Assembly (NCBI GenBank): GCA_963517285.1
Contig: CAUQDN010000001.1
Span: 108,205-172,204, forward strand
Direction of reading: 5' to 3'
DNA from: an uncultured Candidatus Saccharibacteria bacterium
GTDB lineage: Bacteria; Patescibacteriota; Saccharimonadia; Saccharimonadales; Saccharimonadaceae
Length of the DNA stretch: 64,000 nucleotides
Part shown: positions 1 through 9,101 of the stretch, piece by piece
How positions within the stretch are numbered: position 1 is the first letter of the stretch
Layout of the letters: the number at the start of each line of letters is the position of its first letter
Notes under the pieces: model-generated
The model's input: only the letters and a program-made list of their open reading frames with translations
Database searches by the model: none
Told to the model about the DNA's origin: nothing
Made by a program: the position numbers and the translations under genes

Positions 1-868
1 AGTTATGTGAACCAGTAATGGCCGTTTTAGTACCATCTTTCATGGTAAAAATCATAAATTTTGCATGCAAATAACGAGGTCGAGTGTAGAGTGTTTTAAG
101 GCCAGTGAAAAATTGGTTGAAACGAATTGCAAAGCGATTAAGGCCATCGGCTTGAAGTGGGCGATTAAAGTAGATGGTGGTATTTTTCTCTCGTAAAAAG
201 GCTGCGAGCTTTCCGCTCGGGCAATACTGTGACACAAAGGTGATATGCTCTGCTTTATCGGCGAGGTCGAGTACACGGTTGTAGATAATTGATTGTCCAA
301 CAATACCGCCGTCAAAGAGCGCCTTTATGTCGCCATGCTCGTACGTACTACTGTAATAATTGAACGATTGGCGCTCTGCTTTTTGAATACGTATTTGTTC
401 TTCGACGATTCGATCAGCAAGCTTACTATCGACAAGATAAAACATGTAATCGGCATTATGAACACCTTCTTCGTAAAGATTAACGCCACCGAAAGTATAA
501 ACTTTATCATCAACAATGGCCCATTTGCTATGAGTGCGTCCATGAAAAAGAGTAATGCGGCCACGGCCCAACCAGTGAAAGTGCACACCGGCTTTTTTAA
601 GATTTTTCACCATCTTGTTGGTGGCTCGAGTACCGTGACTGTAGTAACGAAATGGTAGGAACCCACCGGCAACTTCACCGTAGGTAAAGATATCGGCTGC
701 AACGACCACTTCAACGCCTCGTTCAGCTGCGCGTATGAGCGCCTCAACGAGTGGGCGAGTGGCATCGTGCTCGGCGATAACCATCGAAGTTAAGTAGACA
801 CGAGTCTGCGCGTCGTCGACTGCCTTGGCTGCTTCGCGCACGTATTGAGTTGAAGTAATAAGTTTCAC
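1..868 (-). CDS. Phospholipase D-family (cardiolipin synthase-like) protein, runs off the left edge; not in ORF track
   Basis: Manual translation from GTG 868 is open to base 1: MKLITSTQY...ALIRAAERGVEV...RTHSKWAIVDDKVYTFGGVN (HKD motif 1)...YLHAKFMIFTMKDGTKTAITGSHN (HxK...GSxN motif 2). Confidence 0.85.
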   Translation of the reverse strand, partial: MKLITSTQYVREAAKAVDDAQTRVYLTSMVIAEHDATRPLVEALIRAAERGVEVVVAADIFTYGEVAGGFLPFRYYSHGTRATNKMVKNLKKAGVHFHWLGRGRITLFHGRTHSKWAIVDDKVYTFGGVNLYEEGVHNADYMFYLVDSKLADRIVEEQIRIQKAERQSFNYYSSTYEHGDIKALFDGGIVGQSIIYNRVLDLADKAEHITFVSQYCPSGKLAAFLREKNTTIYFNRPLQADGLNRFAIRFNQFFTGLKTLYTRPRYLHAKFMIFTMKDGTKTAITGSHN

Positions 869-935
869 TAGGGTTATTATATACGTGATTCTGAAAAACT
901 GCTAAAATTGAACAAGTAGAAACAAAGGAGAACTT

Positions 936-1463
936 ATGGCATACGCTGAAGTAACACCTGGCGATATTGAAGATGGCGCAGTAAATGTCATCATTGAAAT
1001 CCGAAAAGGTGAACGTAATAAATACGAATTTGATAAAGAAACCGGTCGTCTTTTCCTTGACCGTGTAAACGGTACTTTCCTGGGCTACCCAGCAGACTAT
1101 GGATATATTCCTGGTACGCTTTGTGAAGACGGTGACCCACTCGACGCATTGCTAATTATCGATGAGTCAGTTCCGCACGGAACCGTTGTACCATCACGTC
1201 CAGTTGGTGTGCTTTACTTCGAAGACGATGGTGAAATGGATGAAAAGCTTATTGTTGTTCCGGTTGATGACATCAGCAAAGACCACATCAAAGAGCTCGA
1301 CGACCTCGGTGCTGCGTTTAAGAAGAATGTTGAACACTTCTACAATCACTACAAGGATTGGAAGAAGGACTGGAATGGTGTTGATGGCAAGCTCCACGGC
1401 TGGGGTGACGCTGCCGCCGCTATGCAAGTTGTTCACGACTCAATCGCGCGGGCTGCAAAGTAA
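936..1463 (+). CDS. ppa: Inorganic pyrophosphatase, family I
   Basis: KYEFDK, YGYIPGT, DGDPLDAL, DEKLI motifs; AAGGAG SD. Confidence 0.95.
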   Translation: MAYAEVTPGDIEDGAVNVIIEIRKGERNKYEFDKETGRLFLDRVNGTFLGYPADYGYIPGTLCEDGDPLDALLIIDESVPHGTVVPSRPVGVLYFEDDGEMDEKLIVVPVDDISKDHIKELDDLGAAFKKNVEHFYNHYKDWKKDWNGVDGKLHGWGDAAAAMQVVHDSIARAAK

Positions 1464-1479
1464 GTACTATAGCCTGCGG

Positions 1480-1504
1480 AAAACGCCTCGTTATGAGGCG
1501 TTTT
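1480..1504. terminator. Bidirectional intrinsic terminator between convergent ppa and rel
   Basis: AAAACGCCTC-gttat-GAGGCGTTTT. Confidence 0.75.
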
Positions 1505-3053
1505 CATTTTCTGCGGGTTGTTTTTTCTTCTTGCGCGTCTTTTCTCGTATGATGCCGGCTGCGTGACTGATACTTTCAATCGCGCCATTTTTACGCAGCT
1601 GGGCACGAAGCTTGGCGCGGGCGTGGGTTGTGCTGACGAGTTCGAGCCAGGTTTGTTTTGGCACGGCAGATTTACGTGTCATAACTTCCACGACGTCACC
1701 GTTTTGTAGCGGCTTGTCGAACGCATGGATCGCACCATTTACACGGAATCCATAGGCGTGCTTACCGATGTCGCTGTGGACTAAATAAGCAAAGTCGAGC
1801 GGAAAGGCGCCTTCAGGGAGATTATAGATGTCACCTTTAGGTGAATACACGAAGATACGATTACCGAATAGGTCGATAGATAGTTGTGATTCTGGAATAT
1901 CTTCACCGCTTCGGAGTTTTGTGGCAATCTCTTGGAGTTGAGTAATCCATTGCATGTGGCTTGGAAGGACTGAACTTTTCCGGCCCTTCATATAGTCTTT
2001 CGAACTCTTTTGTTCGTGATAATGGAAGCTAGCGGCAAGACCACGTTCGGCGTATTCATGCATTTCGTAAGTGCGAATTTGGAACTCGACGATTTGCTTA
2101 GCCGGGGTAATCACGGTCGTGTGAAGGCTTTGGTATCCGTTCGGTTTTGGTACGGCAATGTAATCCTTAATACGGGTAATCATCGGTTGATACATAGAGT
2201 GCAAGATACCGAGCACGCGATAACAATCTTCTTTCGATTCAACGATGACACGGAGCGCCATAAGGTCGTAAATGTCATCGATAGTGCGAGTACCCTTGCT
2301 AAGTTTTTTGTGCAAACTGTAAATACTTTTGACGCGGCCGTTAATTTCGTGGGGTATATGTTGCTTTGTGAGCTCACGATTCACTTCTTCACGAACAATA
2401 CCAAGCTTACGGGTACTTTTTCCGAGTCGCTTTTTCATTTGATTCTTCAGATGTTTGAATTCGTCTGGGTCGAGGTAACTAAAAGCAATTTCTTCGATTT
2501 GCATACGAATACGACCCATACCGAGTCGATCGGCCATTGGTGCGAATACCTCAAGGCTTTCACGGGCAATTTTCTTTTGCTTCTCGCGGGTCATGTGCTG
2601 CAAGGTTTCAAGGTTGTGAAGGCGGTCAGCAAGTTTAATAATAATGACGCGTACGTCTTGGCCAATAGCAATCAAAAGTTTTGAGAGATTGTCTTTTGTT
2701 TGGGGCAAATATTCAGTCAGGTCCTGCATTCCGGCGCGGGCTTGAGAGACTTTAGTGACTCCATCAACTAGGAAGGCGACATCTTTACCGAAAGTGGCCT
2801 CAATTGTTTCAAGGGTCATCTCGGTGTCTTCGACGGTATCGTGAAGAATACCAGCAAGAACGGTGTCGATATCCATGCCCCATTCCACGAGCGTGGTAGC
2901 GACGGCTAACGGGTGAATAATGTAGGGTTCGCCACTTTTTCGCTTTTGACCCTTATGGGATTCGGTTGCAACATTGATGGCATGCTCGAGTTCAAGGAGT
3001 TCATTTTCCTCGTAATAGAGCTTGGCTTGCTTTAGTAATTCGCCTTTTGTCAT
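1491..3053 (-). CDS. rel: RelA/SpoT (p)ppGpp synthetase/hydrolase (HD+SYNTH+TGS, no ACT domain)
   Basis: RKSGEPYIIHP, LHDTVED, KLADRLHN, GYQSLHT, EFQIRT, TGS (PLDFAY.VHSDIG); start placed at ATG 3053 (MTKGELL), 6 nt after TATACT. Confidence 0.93.
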   Translation of the reverse strand: MTKGELLKQAKLYYEENELLELEHAINVATESHKGQKRKSGEPYIIHPLAVATTLVEWGMDIDTVLAGILHDTVEDTEMTLETIEATFGKDVAFLVDGVTKVSQARAGMQDLTEYLPQTKDNLSKLLIAIGQDVRVIIIKLADRLHNLETLQHMTREKQKKIARESLEVFAPMADRLGMGRIRMQIEEIAFSYLDPDEFKHLKNQMKKRLGKSTRKLGIVREEVNRELTKQHIPHEINGRVKSIYSLHKKLSKGTRTIDDIYDLMALRVIVESKEDCYRVLGILHSMYQPMITRIKDYIAVPKPNGYQSLHTTVITPAKQIVEFQIRTYEMHEYAERGLAASFHYHEQKSSKDYMKGRKSSVLPSHMQWITQLQEIATKLRSGEDIPESQLSIDLFGNRIFVYSPKGDIYNLPEGAFPLDFAYLVHSDIGKHAYGFRVNGAIHAFDKPLQNGDVVEVMTRKSAVPKQTWLELVSTTHARAKLRAQLRKNGAIESISHAAGIIREKTRKKKKQPAENENAS

Positions 3054-3149
3054 TTCTATAGTATACAAAGATTGCTAAGGATGGGGTAGATGGTTATAAT
3101 GACGCGTAGATAAGCAGAAGCTTTATTTATAAGGAGGGTAGGGGTTCCT

Positions 3150-4163
3150 ATGTCAAAAACGAAAATTGGTATTAACGGATTTGGCCGTATTGGCCGTAAT
3201 GCGTTTAAGTTAGCATTCGACCGCGACGATCTTGAGGTTGTTGCTGTGAACGACTTAACAGATACCAAGACACTCGCATACTTGCTCAAGCACGACAGTA
3301 ACTACGGTACATACAAGCACGAAGTTTCATACGACGACACCGGTATTATTGTTAATGGACAGCACATCCAAGTGACTGCCGAAAAAGACCCGGCAGCACT
3401 GCCATGGGGAAGTCTTGGTGTTGAGCTCGTTATCGAATCAACCGGTCGCTTTACAGATAAAGAATCTGCTGAACTTCACATTGCGGCCGGTGCAAAGCGC
3501 GTCATCATCAGTGGTCCATCAAAGAGTGACGGTGTCGACACAATCGTACTTGGCGCTAATGAAGACAAGATCGAAAGCGCGAGCCACGTTATTAGCAACG
3601 CAAGCTGTACTACAAACTCACTCGGTGTTGTTATGGCGGTACTTGACGCTGAATTTGGTGTTGAGAAGTCACTTCTTACAACTGTTCACAGCTACACTGC
3701 AAGCCAAGTGGTACAAGATGCTCCAGCTAAAGACCTTCGCGAAGGTCGTAATGCGGCTGAAAACATCGTTCCTACGACAACTGGAGCTGCAATTGCAGTT
3801 ACAAAGACGTTGCCACAACTTGAAGGCAAGTTCGACGGTCTGAGTATCCGTGTTCCAACCCCAGTAGTTTCAATCAGTGACGTTACGGTACTGCTCGAAC
3901 GCGATGTTACAGTTGAGGAAATTAACGCCGCATTTAAGAAAGCTGCTTCAGAGCCATACTACCAAGGTATTCTTGGAGTCAGTGAAGAGCCGCTTGTAAG
4001 CCGTGACTACATTGGTAACAGTCACTCAGGCGTAGTTGACCTTCTTCTTACAAAAGTCGTTGGCGGTAATCTTGCGAAGGTTATGGTTTGGTACGACAAC
4101 GAATGGGGTTACTCAAACCGTCTCGTTGAGCTGGTAGCTGACGTTGCAAAGACCTTGCGTTAA
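3150..4163 (+). CDS. gap: Glyceraldehyde-3-phosphate dehydrogenase, type I
   Basis: GINGFGRIGR, SNASCTTN, WYDNEWGYSNR. Confidence 0.97.
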   Translation: MSKTKIGINGFGRIGRNAFKLAFDRDDLEVVAVNDLTDTKTLAYLLKHDSNYGTYKHEVSYDDTGIIVNGQHIQVTAEKDPAALPWGSLGVELVIESTGRFTDKESAELHIAAGAKRVIISGPSKSDGVDTIVLGANEDKIESASHVISNASCTTNSLGVVMAVLDAEFGVEKSLLTTVHSYTASQVVQDAPAKDLREGRNAAENIVPTTTGAAIAVTKTLPQLEGKFDGLSIRVPTPVVSISDVTVLLERDVTVEEINAAFKKAASEPYYQGILGVSEEPLVSRDYIGNSHSGVVDLLLTKVVGGNLAKVMVWYDNEWGYSNRLVELVADVAKTLR

Positions 4164-4193
4164 TAGGGGTAAAGTGCTTATACTTGGAGTAAT

Positions 4194-4649
4194 ATGAAGA
4201 TATATTTGGGTGCGGATCATCAGGGGTTTCATTTAAAAGAAGAGATATTTGCGTATCTTGCTAAGCACGGCTACGAGGTTGAAGATGTAGGCGGAAAGGT
4301 ACTAGATCCCTCTGATGATTTCCCAATCTTCGCTCAGGCGGTCGCCTTAAAGGTGCTTGGTAGTACCGAAAAAGATCCGCGCGGCATTCTTGTGTGTGGG
4401 GGCGGTCAAGGGGTAGCTATGGCTGCTAATCGCTTCCGCGGTATCCGCGCCAGCGTTATCTGGGATGCTTATGAAGCAAAGATGACCCGATACGATAACG
4501 ACAGTAACGTACTTTGTTTGCCAGCTCGAGTTGTTGGTGACAACGATGCTGAGTGGAAGGGTATTCTTGAAACCTGGCTTAATACTGAGTTTGCTAATGC
4601 AGTTCGCTTCAAAAGGCGAAATGCAGAACTTGATGAGCTTGCGTCATGA
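4194..4649 (+). CDS. rpiB: Ribose-5-phosphate isomerase B
   Basis: GADHQGF, CGGGQG...AAN, NDSNVLCL motifs of RpiB/LacAB. Confidence 0.9.
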   Translation: MKIYLGADHQGFHLKEEIFAYLAKHGYEVEDVGGKVLDPSDDFPIFAQAVALKVLGSTEKDPRGILVCGGGQGVAMAANRFRGIRASVIWDAYEAKMTRYDNDSNVLCLPARVVGDNDAEWKGILETWLNTEFANAVRFKRRNAELDELAS

Positions 4650-5290
4650 GCCAAATCGTTCCAACCATGATGGCGGAAACGCCCGAACAACTCCAAGAAG
4701 CTACGGTGAAAATTCAACCGTTCGCCCGTCGTGTCCATATCGATATCAGTGACGGTGAATTTGCGCCAACATTTTTGCTAAATGAATCGCAACTTACTTG
4801 GCCACAGGGCTGGGAGGTTGATATTCACGCGATGGTATCGCGCCCTTCAGAACATATCGCTCAACTCGTGCAGCTCAAGCCGAATCTTGTCATCTTGCAC
4901 GCCGAAGCCCAAGAAGATATCGTCCCTCATTTGCAGGCATTGAAACAAGCCGGTATTAGGGCTGGGGTGGCGCTCCTGAAAACGACAGTGCCAGCTACGG
5001 TTGCGGGGGCGATTCAAGAGGCAGATCACGTCATGATCTTCTCGGGTGATCTCGGGAAGTTCGGTGGCACAGCGAGTATGATGCAGCTCGAGAAGATTCG
5101 TCTCATCAAAAAGATTAAGCCAGATGTAGAAATTGGCTGGGATGGCGGCGTGAATATTGAAAATGCCTACACCCTTACTCAGGGTAATGTCGACGTTCTC
5201 AATGTTGGGGGAGCGATTTCAAACTCTGAAAATCCAGCTGAAACGTATAACGAACTTGTTAAAGAAATTAATAAACACGGAGTAATTTAG
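4646..5290 (+). CDS. rpe: Ribulose-phosphate 3-epimerase
   Basis: HIDISDGEF, DIHAMV, WDGGVN; operon context. Confidence 0.88.
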   Translation: MSQIVPTMMAETPEQLQEATVKIQPFARRVHIDISDGEFAPTFLLNESQLTWPQGWEVDIHAMVSRPSEHIAQLVQLKPNLVILHAEAQEDIVPHLQALKQAGIRAGVALLKTTVPATVAGAIQEADHVMIFSGDLGKFGGTASMMQLEKIRLIKKIKPDVEIGWDGGVNIENAYTLTQGNVDVLNVGGAISNSENPAETYNELVKEINKHGVI

Positions 5291-6154
5291 GTGGGTACAT
5301 TAACGATTCCGCAAATCGAGCAAAAGGCGAATGCGATTCGTCAAGATATTATTACGATGCTTGAAGCGGCGAAGAGCGGTCACAGTGCAGGGCCATTAGG
5401 GCTCGCAGATATTTTTGCGGCGCTCTATTTTGAAATTCTTAACATTCGCCCTGAAGAGCCGGAGTGGCCTGAGCGTGATGTCTTTTTCCTCAGTAACGGG
5501 CACTGTGTGCCAGTTCAATACGCTGCGATGGCTGAAGCTGGATACTTCAGCAAAACCGAACTCACCACGCTTCGTAAGCTAGGCACCCGTTTACAGGGGC
5601 ATCCTGAACGTGAAAAGCTCCCGGGCCTTGAAAATACAAGCGGTCCTTTAGGAAGTGGTTTATCTCAAGCTGCTGGATATGCGTACAGCCTTCAATACAT
5701 CGATGAAAACCCGCACCGCTTTGTCTATGTAATGATGGGTGACGGCGAGCTTAATGAAGGAAATATCTGGGAAGCGGCCATGTTCGCCGGCAAGAATAAA
5801 CTTTCTCAGCTCGTGGCCTTTATTGACCGCAACAATATTCAAATCGACGGCACTACCGAGAATGTTATGCCACTTGAAGATCTTCGCGGGAAATGGGAGT
5901 CATTTGGCTGGCATGTGCTTGAAATCGATGGACACAATGTTCAAAGTGTTATCGACGCTGCAAGTGAAGCCCGTGCAATCACTAATAAGCCAACAGTGAT
6001 TATTGCACACACAATTCCCGGTAAGGGCGTCGATTTCATGGAATATAACTACAAGTGGCACGGTATTCCACCAAACGCCGACCAAGCAAAAGAGGCGCTG
6101 GAAGACCTCCGAACATTGGGTGGAAAAATTACGCACGAAGGAGCAGGTGTATGA
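5291..6154 (+). CDS. Transketolase, N-terminal (TPP-binding) subunit
   Basis: SGH, LSNGH, LQGHP, GDGELNEGNIWEA motifs. Confidence 0.93.
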   Translation: MGTLTIPQIEQKANAIRQDIITMLEAAKSGHSAGPLGLADIFAALYFEILNIRPEEPEWPERDVFFLSNGHCVPVQYAAMAEAGYFSKTELTTLRKLGTRLQGHPEREKLPGLENTSGPLGSGLSQAAGYAYSLQYIDENPHRFVYVMMGDGELNEGNIWEAAMFAGKNKLSQLVAFIDRNNIQIDGTTENVMPLEDLRGKWESFGWHVLEIDGHNVQSVIDAASEARAITNKPTVIIAHTIPGKGVDFMEYNYKWHGIPPNADQAKEALEDLRTLGGKITHEGAGV

Positions 6155-7140
6155 CATATCCTCTAAATCCATTGGTTTACAACAAAGAGGTTGAAGTCGA
6201 ACCAATCCGAGCTGGCTTCGGCCGCGGTTTGAAAGCGGCCGGTGAGGCGAATGAAAACATTGTTGCGCTCTGTGCCGACTTAACTGAAAGTACCCAAATG
6301 CACTTATTCCGTGACGCCTTTCCAAAGCGCTTCATAGAAATTGGTATCGCCGAGCAAAACCTCGTTACAGTTGCTAGTGGTCTGGCGCGAGCAGGAAAGA
6401 TTCCCTTTACCAGCAGTTACGCTGCCTTTAGCCCTGGACGAAACTGGGAACAAATTAAAACTACCGCTGCGTTGAATAATCAACCCGTGAAGATCGTAGG
6501 ATCTCATGCTGGAGTCAGCGTAGGCCCTGACGGTGCGACTCACCAAATGCTTGAAGATATTGCCCTTATGCGCGTGATGCCAAATATGGTTGTCGTAGCG
6601 CCTGGTGATAGCATTGAAGCTGAAAAGGCTACCCTTGCAATTGCGACTAACGGTAAACCAACCTATCTTCGCTTAGCTCGAGAAAAGACGCCTATTTTTA
6701 GTACTGCTGAGGCACCGTTTGAACTTGGTAAAGCCTATGTACTCAAAGAAGGTACCGACGTATCACTCTTCGGTACGGGGAGTATGACGTATCACTTATT
6801 GATTGCTGCAAAAATCCTCGAGACTAAGGGTGTGAACGCAGAAGTGGTCCACGTTCCAACGATTAAGCCGCTTGATCACGAAACTTTGCTCGCTAGCGCT
6901 CGTAAAACCGGTCGCGTTGTGACCGCTGAAGAAGCGCAAGCAGCCGGCGGTTTTGGTAGTGCGGTCGTCGAATTCCTAAGTGGTGTCTTACCAATGCCAG
7001 TAAAACGAATTGGCATGGAAGACCGCTACGGAGAATCAGGTGAACCAAATGAACTCATGGAGTTCTTTGGACTTTCCGGTGAAAAGGTAGCCGAAAAGGT
7101 CGAAGCATTCATTAATGAAATGCCTCGATATCACCAATAA
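6151..7140 (+). CDS. Transketolase, C-terminal subunit
   Basis: GIAEQN, GPDGATHQ, PTIKPLD; ATG 6151 overlaps the upstream TGA (ATGA). Confidence 0.93.
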   Translation: MTYPLNPLVYNKEVEVEPIRAGFGRGLKAAGEANENIVALCADLTESTQMHLFRDAFPKRFIEIGIAEQNLVTVASGLARAGKIPFTSSYAAFSPGRNWEQIKTTAALNNQPVKIVGSHAGVSVGPDGATHQMLEDIALMRVMPNMVVVAPGDSIEAEKATLAIATNGKPTYLRLAREKTPIFSTAEAPFELGKAYVLKEGTDVSLFGTGSMTYHLLIAAKILETKGVNAEVVHVPTIKPLDHETLLASARKTGRVVTAEEAQAAGGFGSAVVEFLSGVLPMPVKRIGMEDRYGESGEPNELMEFFGLSGEKVAEKVEAFINEMPRYHQ

Positions 7141-7215
7141 TTAAGCATTACAACAGTATTGCCATAAGTGGTATACTAGTCGATAAGAACAAACTATCTA
7201 GGGGGCATTTATTCC

Positions 7216-8127
7216 ATGAGTCTAACCATAGCTCAAATACGCGATAACACGCTTCGTGCGCGTCATCTTATGCAACGAAGTCGTCAACAACACTTTGCGG
7301 TTGGCGCATTCAATATCGATAACCAAGAAACATTGATTGCAATTGCACGAGCTGCCCAAAAGTTAAACGCACCTGTTCTTGTCGAAGTCAGCCAGGGTGA
7401 AGTTGAAGCTATGGGTATCGAAAATGTCCGCGACCTCGTTGATAACTACAAAGAAGAATACGGCATTGAAATGTACCTTAACCTCGACCACAGCCCAAGT
7501 GTCGAGGCGTGTAAAAAGGCGATTGATGTTGGATACGAGTTTATTCACATCGATATCTCACAAGCAAATCACGATGCCTCTGAAGAAGAAATTATCGCTA
7601 AAACCAAAGAAGTGGTTGAGTACGCTAAATTTACTGGAGCCTTGGTAGAAAGTGAACCACACTACTTTGGTGGAAGCAGTAACGTCCACACCGAAGCAAT
7701 TGATTATGAAGAAATTAAGAAAACATTCTCGACCCCTGAGGGTGCCAAATCCTTCATTGATGCTACCGGTATCGATACGTTCGCTGCAGCCGTAGGAAAC
7801 CTCCATGGTAAATACCCAGTACCAAAAGAACTCGACCTCGAACTCCTGGGCCGTATTCGTGATGCGATTGATTGTCAAATTAGCCTGCACGGCGGTTCGG
7901 GTACGCCACTTCACTTCTTTGAAGAAGCTGCAAAAATCGGTGTTAGTAAGATTAATATCAACAGCGACATGCGTTACGCCTTCCGCACCGCGCTTGAGCA
8001 AGAACTGAAAGCCCACCCAGATGAATTTGCTGTCGTTAAATTACTCGATAAAGTAAAAGACGCCGTACAAGCAGTTGTTGAGGAAAAGATTCAAGCCTTC
8101 GGAAGTGCTGGAAAGGCAGTCATCTAA
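7216..8127 (+). CDS. fba: Class II fructose-bisphosphate aldolase
   Basis: AVGAFN, LDHS, GNLHGKY, LHGGSG, KININ. Confidence 0.92.
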   Translation: MSLTIAQIRDNTLRARHLMQRSRQQHFAVGAFNIDNQETLIAIARAAQKLNAPVLVEVSQGEVEAMGIENVRDLVDNYKEEYGIEMYLNLDHSPSVEACKKAIDVGYEFIHIDISQANHDASEEEIIAKTKEVVEYAKFTGALVESEPHYFGGSSNVHTEAIDYEEIKKTFSTPEGAKSFIDATGIDTFAAAVGNLHGKYPVPKELDLELLGRIRDAIDCQISLHGGSGTPLHFFEEAAKIGVSKININSDMRYAFRTALEQELKAHPDEFAVVKLLDKVKDAVQAVVEEKIQAFGSAGKAVI

Positions 8128-8131
8128 GGAA

Positions 8132-9100
8132 ATGTCGCACGCTCCTACAATTGTAACTATCGGTAAGGCTACCCAGGACGTCTTCCTAAAAAGTACGAAA
8201 GCCTTTGCTCAACTTGAACACAAAGGTGTGAAGTACGAACAGCTCCCTGTTGGTCAAAAACTCGATCTCGATGAAGTAATTTTCTCAACCGGTGGTAATG
8301 TCACCAACGCCGCAGTTACATTTGCGCGCCAAGGTCTGCACAGTAAATATTCTTGGTGTATTGGGGACGATGCGCCGAGCGAGACGATTTTACAAAGCCT
8401 TGATAAAGAAGGGGTAGATACTTCGCATGTGTATCAAAGCGAGCACTTCAAAGCGAGTTACTCGGTTATTTTGATGCTTGCCGGTGGTGAACGAACCATC
8501 CTTAATTACAAAGGGACAATGCCGACTGCACATGACCGTCAGCTTGATCTATCGGTGATTGACGAAGGTGATTGGCTTTATATTTCATCACTTGGTGACA
8601 TGGATTTGTTGGAGCGTATTATTTCGAGAGCCGCTAAACATGGCGTCAAGGTGATGCTTAACCCAGCTGGTGTTGAACTGCAAAATACTGAAAAGCTAAA
8701 AGGTCTTTTAGAAGATGTCGAAGTTTTGACAGTAAATAAAGAAGAAGCACAAATGATTGTGCATGGCGAGACAATCGAAGAACTTGCTCGACACGCTCAT
8801 CATTATTGTCCGGTCGTCATCGTATCTGATGGCCCAAACGGAGCGGTTGCTACTGACGGCAAGACCGTTATTGCTGCCGGTATGTACGAAGATGTTCCTG
8901 TTGTTGACCGTACCGGTGGAGGCGACGCTTTTGGTTCAGGCTTCCTGAGTCAATATGCACAGGGTAAGTCGCTGCGTGAATCAGTTATTTTCGCGAGCGC
9001 CAATTCAACATCAGTTGTTCAGTATATTGGAGCGAAAGAAGGAATTTTACATAAAGGCGTGATATTGCACGATATGCCGCTGACAGAGAAGGAGTATTAA
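8132..9100 (+). CDS. PfkB/ribokinase-family carbohydrate kinase
   Basis: GGNVTNAAV, NKEEA, DRTGGGDAFGSGF signature; start moved to ATG 8132 after AAGGA. Confidence 0.9.
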   Translation: MSHAPTIVTIGKATQDVFLKSTKAFAQLEHKGVKYEQLPVGQKLDLDEVIFSTGGNVTNAAVTFARQGLHSKYSWCIGDDAPSETILQSLDKEGVDTSHVYQSEHFKASYSVILMLAGGERTILNYKGTMPTAHDRQLDLSVIDEGDWLYISSLGDMDLLERIISRAAKHGVKVMLNPAGVELQNTEKLKGLLEDVEVLTVNKEEAQMIVHGETIEELARHAHHYCPVVIVSDGPNGAVATDGKTVIAAGMYEDVPVVDRTGGGDAFGSGFLSQYAQGKSLRESVIFASANSTSVVQYIGAKEGILHKGVILHDMPLTEKEY

Positions 9101-9101
9101 T

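Noticed and set aside
52..658. ORF-track ORFs 52..315, 293..658 and 325..588
   Set aside because: Shadows of the real PLD-family gene in another minus-strand frame (<1..868).
5291..7140. Split transketolase as a frameshifted pseudogene
   Set aside because: Two-subunit transketolases are an established type; the genes are coupled by ATGA and both keep their motifs.
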